Below are positions 24,221 through 36,841 of a stretch of DNA of 64,000 nucleotides, one piece after another. How positions within the stretch are numbered: the stretch's first letter is position 1; every line of letters begins with the position of its first letter. The position numbers and the translations under genes were made by a program. A model generated the notes under the pieces. It worked only from the letters and a program-made list of their open reading frames with translations. It was not told where the DNA came from and did not search any database. This DNA is from Mobula hypostoma (Eukaryota): the NCBI RefSeq assembly GCF_963921235.1, contig NC_086098.1, positions 1,922,001 through 1,986,000 on the forward strand, read 5' to 3'.

Positions 24221-27200
24221 TCACGTAATAGCTAACTGTTTCTGACTGAAGAAGAACGATAAGGAGGCAGTCCCAGATGCCTGTGTGCAACATATTGAAA
24301 CACTTGTAAATCCACAGGGTTTGAGAAATTCAAATAAAGCTTTGTCAGGGTCTGACCAAGTTAAGAGGAGATATGATCATTTTATAACTGAGGGATTTGT
24401 ATCCTTGAAAGAGGAGTCCACTCCAGTGCCAATAAAAATTCTTAGGGATACTGGAGTTTCTCAGTCACTTATGTTAGACAGTGTTCTAGGATTTCGTGAT
24501 GAGTCTGACATTGGTGAGGTAAACTATATACAAGGTATTGGGAGTGCCCTTATGCCTGTACATCTGCATAAAGTAAATTTAACATCAGAGTTAGTTTCAG
24601 GACTGTTAAAGTAGGACTACAACCCAGTTTACCCATGAATGATGTTTCTCTGTTGTTCGGGAATGACCTAGCAGATGAACAAGTTTTTCCTGAAGTGCAT
24701 TTGATAATTAAGCCCATCTCTGATGAACCAAAGATGGATTCTAACATGGATTCCTCCTGTGTTGTAACCCCAGCTATGGCCAAAAAGATTGCTGGTGCAG
24801 ATGGGTCTGCTACCCATAATCGTTCAATTCAGGACTCAAATTTTGATGATTTGTCAGGAACTTTCTTACCTTCATTATTTGATCAAGATTCTTGTAGTAA
24901 GCCTGACCATGAAGATTTGTTTCTGTCTCAGAAGGAAATTATAGCAGAGCAGAGTAGAGACCCTGAGACTGTCAAATTAAAAGAATAAGCTCTTCCAGAT
25001 AGTGAAATTGAGAAAGTGTCAGTAGGATATTATTTTAAGAGTAGAGTGTTATTGAAGAAGTAGAGATCACATACAATTCCTTCAAGTGAGGAATGGGCAT
25101 TTGTTCACCGGGTAGTAGTTCCTAAAGTTTATAAGAATGAGATTTTAACTTTGGCTCATAGTATGCCCTTGGGTGGCCATCAAGGTGTGAAGAAAACTGT
25201 GAACAAGGTTTTTAAACATTTTTACTGGCCTGGTTTAAGAAAAGATGTGGCAACATTTGTTGAACTTGTCACGCTTGTCAGGTTGTGGGTAAATATAATC
25301 AAGTTACTCCAGTGGCTCCATTGCAACCTATTCCTTCATTTGGTAAACCGTTTTCTAAAATTATTGTAGATTGTGTAGGCCCTTTGCCAAAAACTAAAGC
25401 TGGCCACCAATATTTGCTGACTATTATGTGTACCCCATCTAGGTTTCTAGAGGCAATACCTCTTAGGAATATAACGGCTAAAACTGTAATAAAGGCTCGT
25501 GTAAAACTCTTTACTTATTTTAGATTGTCTAAGGAGATCCAATCTGACCAAGGTAGTAACTTTATGTCTGGATTGTTCCAGCAGATAGTTTATAAGCTGG
25601 GAGCCAAACAGATTACATCATCTGCGTATCATCCTGAATCACAAGGGGCCTTAGTGAGGTTCCATTCTACCCTCAAAACTATGATTAGGATGTTTTGTGT
25701 TGAAAATGAGAAGGATTGGGATGAGGGCATTCATTTACTTTTGTTTACAGTAAGGGAGTCAGTGCAGGAATCCCTAGGTTTTAGTCCTTTTGAACTTGTG
25801 TTTGGGCACAGAGTTTGAGGACCTTTGGCATTATTAAAGGAACAGTGGATTAACACAGAAGTACATACTAATTTGCTGGATTATGTTGTTTTAAAATTTA
25901 AGGAAATATTACAAAAAGCTTGTAGCTTAGCAAGGGAAAATTTAAAATCTGCTCAGGAGAAAATGAAAACTTGGTATGACAAGGAAGCTAGAATGAGGTC
26001 ATTTAAGTCTTGAGATAAGGTGTTGATTTTTTTCCTGATGCAAACAAACTCACTACAAGCTAAATTTCATGGTCCTTATGAGATTATATCTAAAGTTAAT
26101 GATGTAGATTATGTGGTAAAAATACCAGATCGAAGAAGGCCAGTGCAGCTTTGTCATATGAAAATGATAAAACCATATTATGAGAAACAGTCCGCCACTA
26201 TGACTGGTGTGGTCAATAATAATGAGTCTGATCCCACTAGGAATTTAATGGATGATTCATCTGAAACTCATTTTAAACTCAACATTATTTCTGCCAGATT
26301 ACCAAATGCAACAATTCTGGAAAATATTGATGAGGAATTGGCTCATTTACAGCCAGAGCAGAGGCAGCAGATGAAGCAGTTAATTTTTAAATATAGGGAT
26401 TTATTTCCAGATGTTCCTAAAAGAAACACAATAGCTTCACATGATGTAGATTTTGGAGATGTCAAACCCATAAAGCAACATCCATATCAGATGAACATGG
26501 AAAAATGTGCACTTGCTAAGCAAGAAATTAAGCACATGTCAGAGAATAATATTATTCAACCTTCCACTTCGAATTGGAGTTCACCTTTTGTCATGATACC
26601 TAAACCAGATGGTACTATTTGGTTTTGTACTGATTACAGGAAGGTGAATGCTGTAACAAAAACAGATACGTATCCAATCCCTAGGGTAGATGATTGTGTG
26701 GACAATGTTGGAAAAGCAAAGTTCCTTACAAAGATTGACTTGGTAAAAGGGTATTGGAGTGTTCCACTGACAGGTAGAGGTAGAGAGATTTCTGCATTTG
26801 TAACACCATCTGGGTTATATGAATATAATGTTCTACTGTTTGGAATGAAGAATGCACCAGGAACTTTCCAGAGAATGATTAATTCTGTGATTCATGGTTT
26901 AAAAGATACAGATGCCTATATTGATGATTTAGTTACAGGAAATGACACTTGGGAAGCACATATTACTGCAATAGAGAAACTGTTTGTTAGGCTTTCAAAA
27001 GCTAACCTAACTATTAACTTAGCTAAAAGTGAATTTGGTCATTGTGACCTACCTTAGTTATGTTGTGGGTCATGGTAGATTAGCTCCTATTCAGGCAAAA
27101 GTTCAGGCAATTTTAGAGGTACCCACTCCATCTGGTAAAAAGACTCAGAAGATTCTTGGGAATGGTAGGATATTACTGAAAATTTTGTAAGAATTTTGCT

Positions 27201-28697
27201 GACTTTGCCCTTCCATTAACTAACCTCTTGAAGAAAGGTGAAAAGTTTGTGTGGACAGTGCTTTGTCAGGGGGCAGTTGATAAATTGAAAACTATGCTAT
27301 GTCATCAACCTGTGCTCAGGTCACCTGACTTTGAAAAGCCATTTTCATTAACTGTGGATGCCAGTGACGAGGCTGCAGGAGCAGTGTTACTCCAAAGGGA
27401 TGAGATTGATGAGGTTGATCGTCCCGTAGCTTACTTTTCTAAGAAATTTAATGAGCATCAAAGAAATTATTCAACCATAGAAAAAGAATTATTATCTCTT
27501 GTTTTGGCTTTACAACATTTTGATGTGTATGTTGGTGCAACTCAGAAACCACTCATAGTTTATACCCATCATAATCCATTAATATTTTTGAGTAAAATGA
27601 AAAAAATAGAAGATTACTGAATTGGCGTTTGATGTTACAGGAGTATAATATTTTGATAACTCATATTGAACACAAAGATAATGTGATTGCCGACTGTCTA
27701 CCCCGATGTTGAATTTACAATGCTTTTTTTGAGTGGAATTTTAATATTTGTAACACTCCGGCTGTATATTAGTTGTAAGGTGCTGTATGATAATTCTATG
27801 TATATGGTTTATGTTGTAGATTTTATACATTAGCATTTTTTTGTAAATAGTTGTTAAAATTTTGCTCATGATAGACCAAAATTTTCCTTTTTTGGGGGAA
27901 GGTGTTACATGCCCACAGTTTGATCACGGGACAGTGGGATGATGTAATGGTCTTGTGAGTGGGATGATGTAATTGTCTCATGACCATTGGGGTGAGGTTA
28001 TGTCACGTGATGGCATGTACCTTACGGTATTTAAGGAAGCCCGCCAAAGCGTGACACAGTTTTTTACTTACTATTTTAAGGTACATTGTTGCTGGCAGTT
28101 TCGCCAATAGCTGCCAGTTTTTGTTTGTTACACATTTTTTTTATTTTTACAGTCTAATATTGGAGAGTGAAGACCTTACCAATGTACGGGAAGCCAAAGG
28201 ATTGGGTAAAGTTATCGACGTTCAGTGTTTTGGAAGTGATCGATCGTTTGGAATCGTAATCATCTGGGAAATTGTGGCATGCACATTTGAGTTAAACCCC
28301 TGCAAGGTCAAGATGGTTTGTGCAGTGTCCACCCTCCCAAGAGAAAAGGTCAGTTCCTTTACTTCTTCATGATTGCTTCAACAAGGCATCACTCGACTAT
28401 GATTGACAGATTCGTCATTGTCTTTGGAGGAATTGTTGCTGCAGTAAAGTCTCTCCTTAAAGACTGTAAAAATCACTTGGACTTTTGAATTTACTACTTT
28501 AAGACTGTATTGGAATTTACCACTTTAAGACCTATTTCTAAGTTCGACTGTTTGTTCGATATAGCCGCGTAACGGTTAACTTCTGGTTAAGCTAGTTTGT
28601 TTACTTTTCTATGTTTTTGAGTAGAGGTTAATAAATATTATTGTTTGTTTATAAAACCTGACTCAATTTCATATCCATTGCTGCTGGACACGTGACA
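24219..28697 (+). mobile_element. 5'-truncated Ty3/Gypsy LTR retrotransposon, Gmr1-type order PR-IN-RT-RH, defective
   Basis: Gag knuckle remnant HVIANC (24222); protease ILRDTGVSQS; integrase AHSMPLGGHQG/FYWP, VDCVGPLP, IQSDQGSNF, YHPESQG, GPY; RT DYRKVN, IDLVKGYW, YIDDL; RNase H VDASDEAAGAVL, YSTIEKE; stop at 27710-27712. Confidence 0.95.
27903..28697 (+). repeat. 3' LTR (~795 bp) of the Gypsy element
   Basis: Preceded by polypurine tract gggggaagg; termini TGTTAC...GTGACA; AATAAA near 28630. Confidence 0.8.
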
Positions 28698-29978
28698 GTG
28701 ACAAGAGGGTATACAGGAGTGAGATATGCCAACTAGTGGAAAGGTGCCACATCAACAACCTGGCACTCAATGTCAGTAAGATGAAACAGCTGATTGTGGA
28801 CTTCAGGAAGGGTAAGACCATATAACCATATAAAAATCACAGCACAGAAACAGGCCATCTTGGCCCTTCTAGTCCATGCCAAACGCTTACTCTCACCTAG
28901 TCCCATCTACCTGCACTCAGCCCATACCCCTCCATTCCTTTCCTGTCCATATACCTATCCAATTTTTTTTTAAACGACAACATCAAACCTGCCTCAACCA
29001 TTTCTACTGGAAGCTCGTTCCACACAGCTACCACTCGCTGAGTAAACAAGTTCCCCCTCGTGTTACCCCTAACCTTTTGCCCCTTAACTCTCAACTCATG
29101 TCCTCTTGTTTGAATCTCCCCTACTCTCAATGGAAAAAGCCTATCCACGTCAACTCTATCTATCCCCCTCATAATTTTAAATACCTCAGTCAAGTCCCCC
29201 CTCAACCTTCTACGCTCCAAAGACGAAGGAACACGTACCTATCCTTACAGAGGGATCAGAAATGGAGAGAGTGAGCAGCTTCAAGTTCCTGGGTGTCAAG
29301 ATCTCTGAGGATCTAACCTGGTCCCAACATATTGATGTAGTTATAAAGAAGGCAAGACAGCGGCTGTACTTTATTAGGAGATTGAAGAGATTTGGCATGT
29401 TAACAAATACACTCAAAAACTTCTATAGTTGCACCGTGGAGAGCATTCTGACAGGCTGCATCACTGTCTGGTATGGAGGGGTTACTGCACAGGACTGAAA
29501 GAAGCTGCAGAAGGTTGTAAATCTAGTCAGCTCCATCTTGGGTACCAGCCTACAAAGTACCCAGGACATCTTTAGGAAGCGGTGTCTCAGAAATGGAGCG
29601 TCCATTATTAAGGACCTCCAGCACCCAGGGCATGTCCTTTTCTCACTGTTACCACCATCAGGTAGGAGGTACAGAATCCTAAAGGCACACACTCAGCGAT
29701 TCAGGAACAGCTTCTTCACCTCTGCCATCCGATTCCTAAATGGACATTGAATCTTTGGACACTACCTCACTCTTTTTTTAATATACAGTATTTCTGTTTT
29801 TGCACTTTTTAAAAATCCATTCAATATACGTAATTGATTACTTGTTTGTTTATTATTTTTTATTTTATTTATTTTTTTCCTCTCTCTGTGCTAGATTATG
29901 TATTGCATTGAACTGCTGCTGCTAAGTTAACAAATTTCACGTCACAAGCCGGTGATAATAAACCTGATTCTGATTCTG
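28698..29978 (+). mobile_element. Rex1/Babar-like LINE 3' part, split by a CR1 fragment
   Basis: ORFs 29262-29498 and 29538-29750 (FKFLGV, KKARQRLYFIRRL); cctgattctgattct tail; flanks rejoin at aagac. Confidence 0.88.
28817..29221 (-). mobile_element. CR1 3' fragment nested in the Rex element
   Basis: ORF 28897-29220; aagac present on both sides. Confidence 0.88.
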
Positions 29979-30046
29979 CTTATGGTCTCATGGTAAACAA
30001 TTATAATGTCATTGGATCATCACTGTAATCAATTAATTTCACCAAC

Positions 30047-30140
30047 CTGCACATGTTCCAGTGTATTGATGGCTCTAGCAGTGCCCTCACAAGCATTTGT
30101 AGTGAGATGAAGGTTCACACTTTTGCCAGCTGGAATAATT
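30047..30140 (-). CDS. Proprotein convertase exon, start of P domain: (I)IIPAGKSVNLHLTTNACEGTARAINTLEHVQ
   Basis: 94 nt, phase 2/0; acceptor accaacAG, donor GTtggt; AC.G....I..LEHVQ motif; phases match both neighbouring exons. Confidence 0.95.
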
Positions 30141-30964
30141 CTGTTGGTGTAATACATGAAAAAAAATTGAAGGAAGAATCACTAAAATGAAAGCATTCAG
30201 CCTAAATTAAGTCCAACAAGAAGGTGGTACTTTTTTTTGCGACATTTCCATAAAACTATAAGACAGAGGAGCAGATTTAGGCTATTTAGCCCATTGGGTG
30301 TGCTCTGCTATTCCACTATGGCTTATTTTTCCGCTCTCACTTCCATTCTCCTGCCTTCTCCCTCTAACCTTGGCACCCTGACTAATCAGGAAACTATCAA
30401 CCAATGCTTTAAGTATGAAGTCAAAGTCAAAGTAAATTTATCATGAGATTCATTATGAAAGTGTACATACAATATGTCACCATATACTAACTTAAGATTC
30501 ATTTTTCGCTATAAATTCAATGATTTGGCAACAATTCCATAGATTCACCATTTTCGTGCTGAAGAAATTCCTCCTCATCTCTATTCTAAACTGATGTCCT
30601 GGTATTCTGAGACCTTGCACTTTAGTTCTCGATTCACCCACTATAGGAAACATTCTCTCCGTGTACACTAGGCTTTCAATATTTGGTGGGTTTCTATGAC
30701 ATTTTCCCCACCATCTCATTCTTCAACTGATGAGGTTAAGAGAGAGTTTAAAATCCATGTGTTCATGAGCAATTAACAAGTGGAGATCTTCAAGAAACTT
30801 GGTGAGGTAATACTGCACAAGACAACCACGAGTTTATATTCCTTTTGTTGAAATGTTTGATGTGCATTCTCCCAATCTGCATTTGCCTCTGCTATTCATT
30901 GCCCCTCTAAACCTGCCACTGCTTTTCAGAATACGAGAAAGTATGCAGTTGCAGAATATGCATA

Positions 30965-31935
30965 ACTTCTGGCCAAGATGGCACCAGTTACAATGCTCCC
31001 TTGTTGACATCTTCCAGATAGCTCACGAAAATGTCTTTTTTACATCTTTTACATCTGTTTTTCACCTTAACTTTGTTTCTGAGACTGCTAGAGCCTGTGA
31101 TTTACAGTTTGGAAACCGGGAAGCAGGTGTGTACTTGGATGGCCTCAATGTGAAGAAACTTTGAGACAGGGCACGAGCTGAAGTTTGACTTCATTTTGCT
31201 GGTTCAAGCATCCATCAATCGCCAAATAAAGCGACAAGGAAAATTGAGACATCGAGACGAATGCAAAGGCAGGCAAGTCTTCAGCACCAGCAACATTCCT
31301 TTTGATCGCAGTCGGGAAAGGAATCTGTGAGTAGTCCAGCACTACTGTGGCAGGAGGATAGGTCTTTCTGCCTATTGATGTCCCTCTCTTTTGATGAATG
31401 TTCATGATATCACAGGATGGTTTCAAGGATCGCATTCATCAATTGGACTATTACTTGGTAATGGAGCTTAGAGAAATAGAGGGCTATGGGTAACCCTAGG
31501 TAATTTCTACAGTAAGTACATGTTCGGCACTGCATTATGGGCCAAAGGGCCTGTATTGTGCTGTAGGTTTTCTATGTTTCTATCCTTTTTCAGGCTTATG
31601 GTTTATTTATTCTATGTTTTTTATTTAACTCTTACTTTTCCGTTTTGTTGTGTGAAGGGAGGGTGTTTGGGGGCTGATGCTCTGTTAAGTTTTTTTTTGT
31701 GTGCGGCAGGGTTTGTTTTATCAGGGATCAATCAGGGTTCTGTTTTGTGCAGGCGAGGGGGCTTTGGGGTTGATAATCGGGATGCTGTTCTTTTTTGTGC
31801 GAGGCAGATGGGTTTGATATTTCTCTCTGAATGACTTTCATGTTCTTTTCATGGCGATCTGGTGAAGATAAATTTTGGAGTTGTATATAGATACATGCTT
31901 TGATAATAAATTAACTTTTCAACCTTTGAACCTTT
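30965..31935 (+). repeat. Unclassified interspersed repeat with a CR1 3' tail inserted at about 31457-31582
   Basis: Starts caagatggcacc and ends in a tttgataataaa...aacctttgaacctttga tail like those at about 42190 and 49510. Confidence 0.4.
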
Positions 31936-32039
31936 GAGATGGTGGATATCAGGGCAACACTCACACTCACAAAATGCTAGAGGAACTCAACAAGTCAGGT
32001 AGCATCCATGGAAATGCATAAGCAGTCGATGTTTCCATA

Positions 32040-34112
32040 TGACTATAAAATATAGGAATGACTATAAAATATAGGAACAGATTAAGGCCATTAGGCCCAT
32101 TGAGTCTGCTTCACCATTTCATCATGTCTCATCCAATTTTCCTCTCAGCCCCAATCCCCTGCCATCTCCCGTATCCTATCATGTCCTAACCAATCAAGAC
32201 TTTATCAACCTCTGTCTTAAATATACATAAAGACTTAACCTTCACAGCTGCCTGTGGAAAAGTATTCCACAGATCCGCCACTCTCTGGCTAAAGAAGTTC
32301 CTCCTTGTCTCCAGTCTAAAAGGACACCCTTCTATTCTGAGGCTGTGTCTTCTGGTCTTGGGCTGTCACCGCATAGGACACATCCTCTTCACATCCACTC
32401 TATATCAAAGACTTTCACCCTTCGATAGGTTTCAATGAGGTTACCCCTCATTCATCTAAATTCCAGTGAATATGGGCCCAGAGCCATCAGACACTCCTCA
32501 TTTCCTAAGGAAATCCTACACAAGGACTCCCAAGTCCCTTTGTACCTCAGTTTTTTTTTGTATTTTCTCTCCATTTAGAAAATAGACAACAAAAACACTT
32601 TTGTTTCCTTTACCAAATTGCATGACCACACACTTCCCGACATTCCATTCCATCTGCCATTTCTTTGCACATTCTCCTAATCTGTCTAAATTGTTCTTTC
32701 ATCTCCCTACTTCCTCAAAACTACCTGCCCCTTTACTTATCTTTATATCATTTGCAAACTTTGCAACAAAGCCATCAATTCCATCCAAATCATTAACATA
32801 TAATGCAAAAAGAATTTGTCCCAACAGAGATTCATGTGGAACACCACTAGTCACCAGCAGCCAACCAGAAAAGGCTCCCTTTATTCCCATTCTTTGCCTC
32901 CTGTCAATCAGTCAGTGCTTTATCCATTCTAGAATCTTTCCTGTAATACCATGGCCTCATTTGTTGTTAAGAGCCCCATGTCTTATTAATGGTAAGACTC
33001 TTGGCAGTGTAGAGGATCAGCGAGATCTTGGGGTCTGTGTCCATAGGACACTCAAAGCTGTGACACAGGTTGACAGTGTTGTTCAGAAGGTGTATGGTAC
33101 GTTGGCTTTCATCAACCATGGGATTGAGTTCAAGAGCCATGAGGTAATGTTACAGCTATATAAGACCTTGGTCAGACCCCACTTGGAGTACTGTGTTCAG
33201 TTCTGGTCACCTCACTAGAGGATGTGGATACTATAGAGAGGGTGCAGAGGACATTTACAAGGATGTTGCCTGGATTGGAGGGCATGTCTTATGAGAATGG
33301 GTTGAGTGAACTTGCCCTTTTCTACTTAGAGTGACAGAGGATGAGAGGTGATCTGATAGAGGGATATAGGATGATGAGAGGTGTTGATCATGTGGATAGT
33401 CAGAGCCTTTTTCCCAGGGCTGAAATGGCTAACATGAGGGGGCATAGTTTTATTGTGCTTGGAATTAGGTACACCCCAGAGGTAAGTTTTTCACACAGAG
33501 AGTGGTGGGTGTGTGTAATGCACTGCCAGTGAAGTGGTAGAGGTGGATACAGTAGGGTCTTTTAAGAGACTCTTAGATAGGTACATAGAGCTGGGGAAAA
33601 AGAGGGCTATGTGGTAGGGAAATGCTGGAGTAGATTGTATGGTCGGCTCAACATTGTGGGCTGAAGGGCCTGTAATGTGCTGTAGGTTTCTATGTTTCTT
33701 CTATGTTTCTATGTGTGGCACCTTGTCAAAAGCCTTCTGAAAATCCAGGTACACAACATCAACCATTTCTCCTTTGTCTATCCTGCTAGTTATTTCTTCA
33801 AAGAATTCCAAAAGATTTGCCAGTCAACATTTTCCTTTGAGGAAACCATCCTGACTATGGCCTATTTTATCATGTGCCTCCAAGTACCCTGACACCTCAT
33901 CCTTGATAATCGACTCCAACATCTTCCTAAGCACTGAAGTCCGATTAACTGGCCTATAGTTTCCCTTCTTCTGACTCTCTCCCTTCTGGAAGAGTGGAGT
34001 GACAATTGCAATTTTCCGGTCTTCCAGAATCATTCCAGGATCTAGTGATTCTTGAAGGATCATTATCAATGCCTCCACAATCTCTTCAGCCATCTCTTTC
34101 AGAACCCTGGGG
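32040..34112 (-). mobile_element. CR1 LINE ORF2 part, split by an oppositely oriented CR1
   Basis: ORFs 32699-32890 and 33824-34093; host rejoins as ...catgt|gtggcaccttgtc. Confidence 0.88.
32983..33714 (+). mobile_element. CR1 3' fragment nested in an opposite-strand CR1
   Basis: INGKTLGSVEDQRDLGV...RPHLEYCVQFWSPH; tttctatg tail. Confidence 0.88.
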
Positions 34113-34564
34113 CCAAAATTTCCTTGGTCAGCAGAGCAGCCATTGAACCAAGTGTTTACCTGAATGTGTTTCCAAGCAAGCAGCAGAGGCTGCCTTCCTT
34201 TCTTTTCTCTCTTTCCTTCCCCTTCCCCTGTAATTCACAGCTGTTTCTATTAATGATAATAGTGTTTTATGTATCAGATTTACATTTCAAAAATGCCACA
34301 TCACTATTATTGATCAATAATTAATCATTCATCACACACTTCTGTAGAATTACTTCAATTTTGATTAGGCTGCTCTTCTCTAAAAGGCTTTAATCAAAAT
34401 ACACTTGTATTTGCTTCCCCACTCCCCCCCCCCATACATTTTACTATTTTTGGTCATACATTTTGTAAAATCCACCGTAATAAAAATGGCTGGGTATTGA
34501 ACATTTCGATTTCAGCATTCGAACTTTACAAAGCTGAATTCAAAAGGAATCTCGGGGTACTCAC

Positions 34565-34675
34565 ATCACAGGGTCAAGTGGCAGTTCGACTGAGCACATC
34601 CGCTGAGGGTTTACGGGAGTCCAGAGAAGGGCTTGCTGGACCATTAACCCAGCATCCATCAGTCCAAACCCATAA
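34565..34675 (-). CDS. Proprotein convertase exon, end of catalytic domain and linker: YGFGLMDAGLMVQQALLWTPVNPQRMCSVELPLDPV
   Basis: 111 nt, phase 2/2; acceptor ttttaatcacAG, donor GTgagt; matches the conserved YG[FY]GL.DA..[ML]V..A..W..V..Q..C stretch of kexin-like convertases. Confidence 0.96.
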
Positions 34676-34834
34676 CTGTGATTAAAACCAAACCAAACAC
34701 ATTTTAATTCACTCTGTAAAAGAATCACATGTACGTGTACATAAAAGCATTAAATGGATTTCTTTTTTCAGATATTACAGTTCAGTTGCATTAGGGCACA
34801 AACAGCAGTAAATACCTTTTGTCAGGCATTGAAC

Positions 34835-35130
34835 TTTATTTATTTTATATAGAGATACAGTGCAGAACAGGCCCTTCCGACCCTTTCAGTCTCACCGCCA
34901 GAAACCCCTGATTTACCCTAGCCTAATCACGGAGCAATGTAAATGACTAATTAATCTATGAACTGGTTTGTCTTTGGACTGTGGGAGGAAACCAGAGCAA
35001 CCCAGAGGAAACTGACACATTCCATGAGGAGAGCATGGAAACTCCTTACAGAGGACACGGGGACTGAGCTCAAACTCCAGAACCCCTGATGAAAGAGCGT
35101 CACGCTAACTGCTATGCTGCCATAGCACCC
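34835..35130 (-). mobile_element. tRNA-derived SINE
   Basis: Same family as 11140-11430, reverse complemented. Confidence 0.7.
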
Positions 35131-36525
35131 ACTCTGTTTGCTATTCAGAAGTATCAAGATACGCAGAGTGCACTTAATGTAATTCAGTAAGTAGAATCAA
35201 ATACAATTTTTACAATGTTCACCACTTCCATGCTGACAATCTGTGATGCACTCCCTCAGCACCCTCCACATCCCAGACCCCTTCCTCTCCCAATCGCATA
35301 ACAAATCCTAAATAGATACATTAAAAAAATGTAAGAGTGGGGATAGTCTCTGGTCCACAGAGAGAGAAAAAACTGTGGTTGACAGGAGCAGGAACAGGAA
35401 AACCTGATAACATAACTAAAAATGAAAAAAATGGAGAAAGATAAAGATTACCTTTATTTGTCACATGCACATCGAAACATTAAAGCATCCAGTGAAATGT
35501 GTTGTTTGCGTCAACGACCAACATATAATTATTAAATATGTTATTATACAGAATATAAATGAATATTAACATCATGCAGATCACAAATAGGAAACAAATT
35601 TAACCTTTTTTGTTGTGTGACTGAGCGACAAGTAAGGTAGGTATGAGAAATCTGTGCAGATAAATTGTAGGCAAATAATTTTCTTTCTAAAAATCGCAGG
35701 TATAATTCATTCACTGCATTTAAGATGAGTTTTTTTGATTTAAGACTGAAAAACGAAAGGCAAAGAGAATTTTTAATTCTAGTCGGGGGGTGTGTGACTA
35801 ATTATGAAAAAATATATAGTATCAAACAGAGACAGTCGTGTTTAAATGATGACAGTTGTGGTTAATAAGCGCAGTAAAGTGAAAGGAAAAATAATTATGC
35901 CACCATTTTAGCATTGCGCCAAATAGGTACGCAGCTATAATATATTATGAGATAAAGAAAATGGTAATGAAATTTGTTGTAAAGAAGAACACTTGAGCAA
36001 TTTTGCTTATTTATTATTTCAGAATGGAGACTTTGCCATTAGAACACAATACTGGTTACTGCCATTCATTTCATCTGAGCTGAGGAAGAGATAAACGTTT
36101 TTCCTCATATTTGTTAACAGAGACGGAATGAAATAGAGCATAGAACATCAAACATTACAGCACAGTGGAGGCCCTTCAGCCCACTGTGCTGTGCTGACCT
36201 TTTAACCTTCTCCAAGAGCAATCTAACACATCCCTCCTACATAGCCCTCCATTTTTATTTCATCTCGAATCTGTGAATTTTTTATTGTAGAGCCCAGATT
36301 CTTTAAGAGAAAGACCATGGAATTATGTGTAACAGACGCAGGAGAGTAGTTGAAGCCAGCGTAGATTAGCCAGTCTCATGCTGAATAGCAGACAGGAGTG
36401 AGGGCTCTGGTGGCACTCTGCTGCTCCCAGTGAACAGTCCAACAACTCACTTTGGACCTTCAAACTATGGAAAAAGCTATTAAGTGTATATGCCAGCTCC
36501 ATCTCTCTATTCTTCCCCTACTTTC

Positions 36526-36841
36526 ACTCCTTTGTCTTTAATACTGTATTCTACGCTGTTTCCAAGGAGGCCGTGGTAAGCTGAAGGAACATCATAATGT
36601 CCTCTGTTGAAGTTTATTGCAGCCTGCAAGACTCTAAAAGTAAATTGTAGGGTTCTGAAAGAGGTAGCAGTAAAGATTATGAAGGCATTAGTAATGATCT
36701 TTCAAAAATCATTGGACTCTGGCAAGGTGCCAGAAGACTGGAGAATTGCAAATGTCACTCCACTCTTTAAGAAAGGAAATTATAGACCAGTTAGCCTGAC
36801 CTCAGTGGTTGGGAAGTTGTTGGAGCTAATTGTTAAGGATG
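36526..36841 (+). repeat. Direct repeat, copy 1 (316 bp), flanking a Rex insertion
   Basis: Aligns end to end with 37555-37883 and includes a unique-sequence/CR1 junction. Confidence 0.92.

Noticed and set aside
24219..24226. tgtcacgt at the truncated left end of the Gypsy element is the inverse of the LTR end acgtgaca
   Set aside because: It is explained by the gag HVIANC codons abutting a PLE tail; the flanks are different elements and there is no 4-5-bp TSD
32601..33218. 205-aa ORF
   Set aside because: Antisense CR1 read through into a nested sense CR1 fragment
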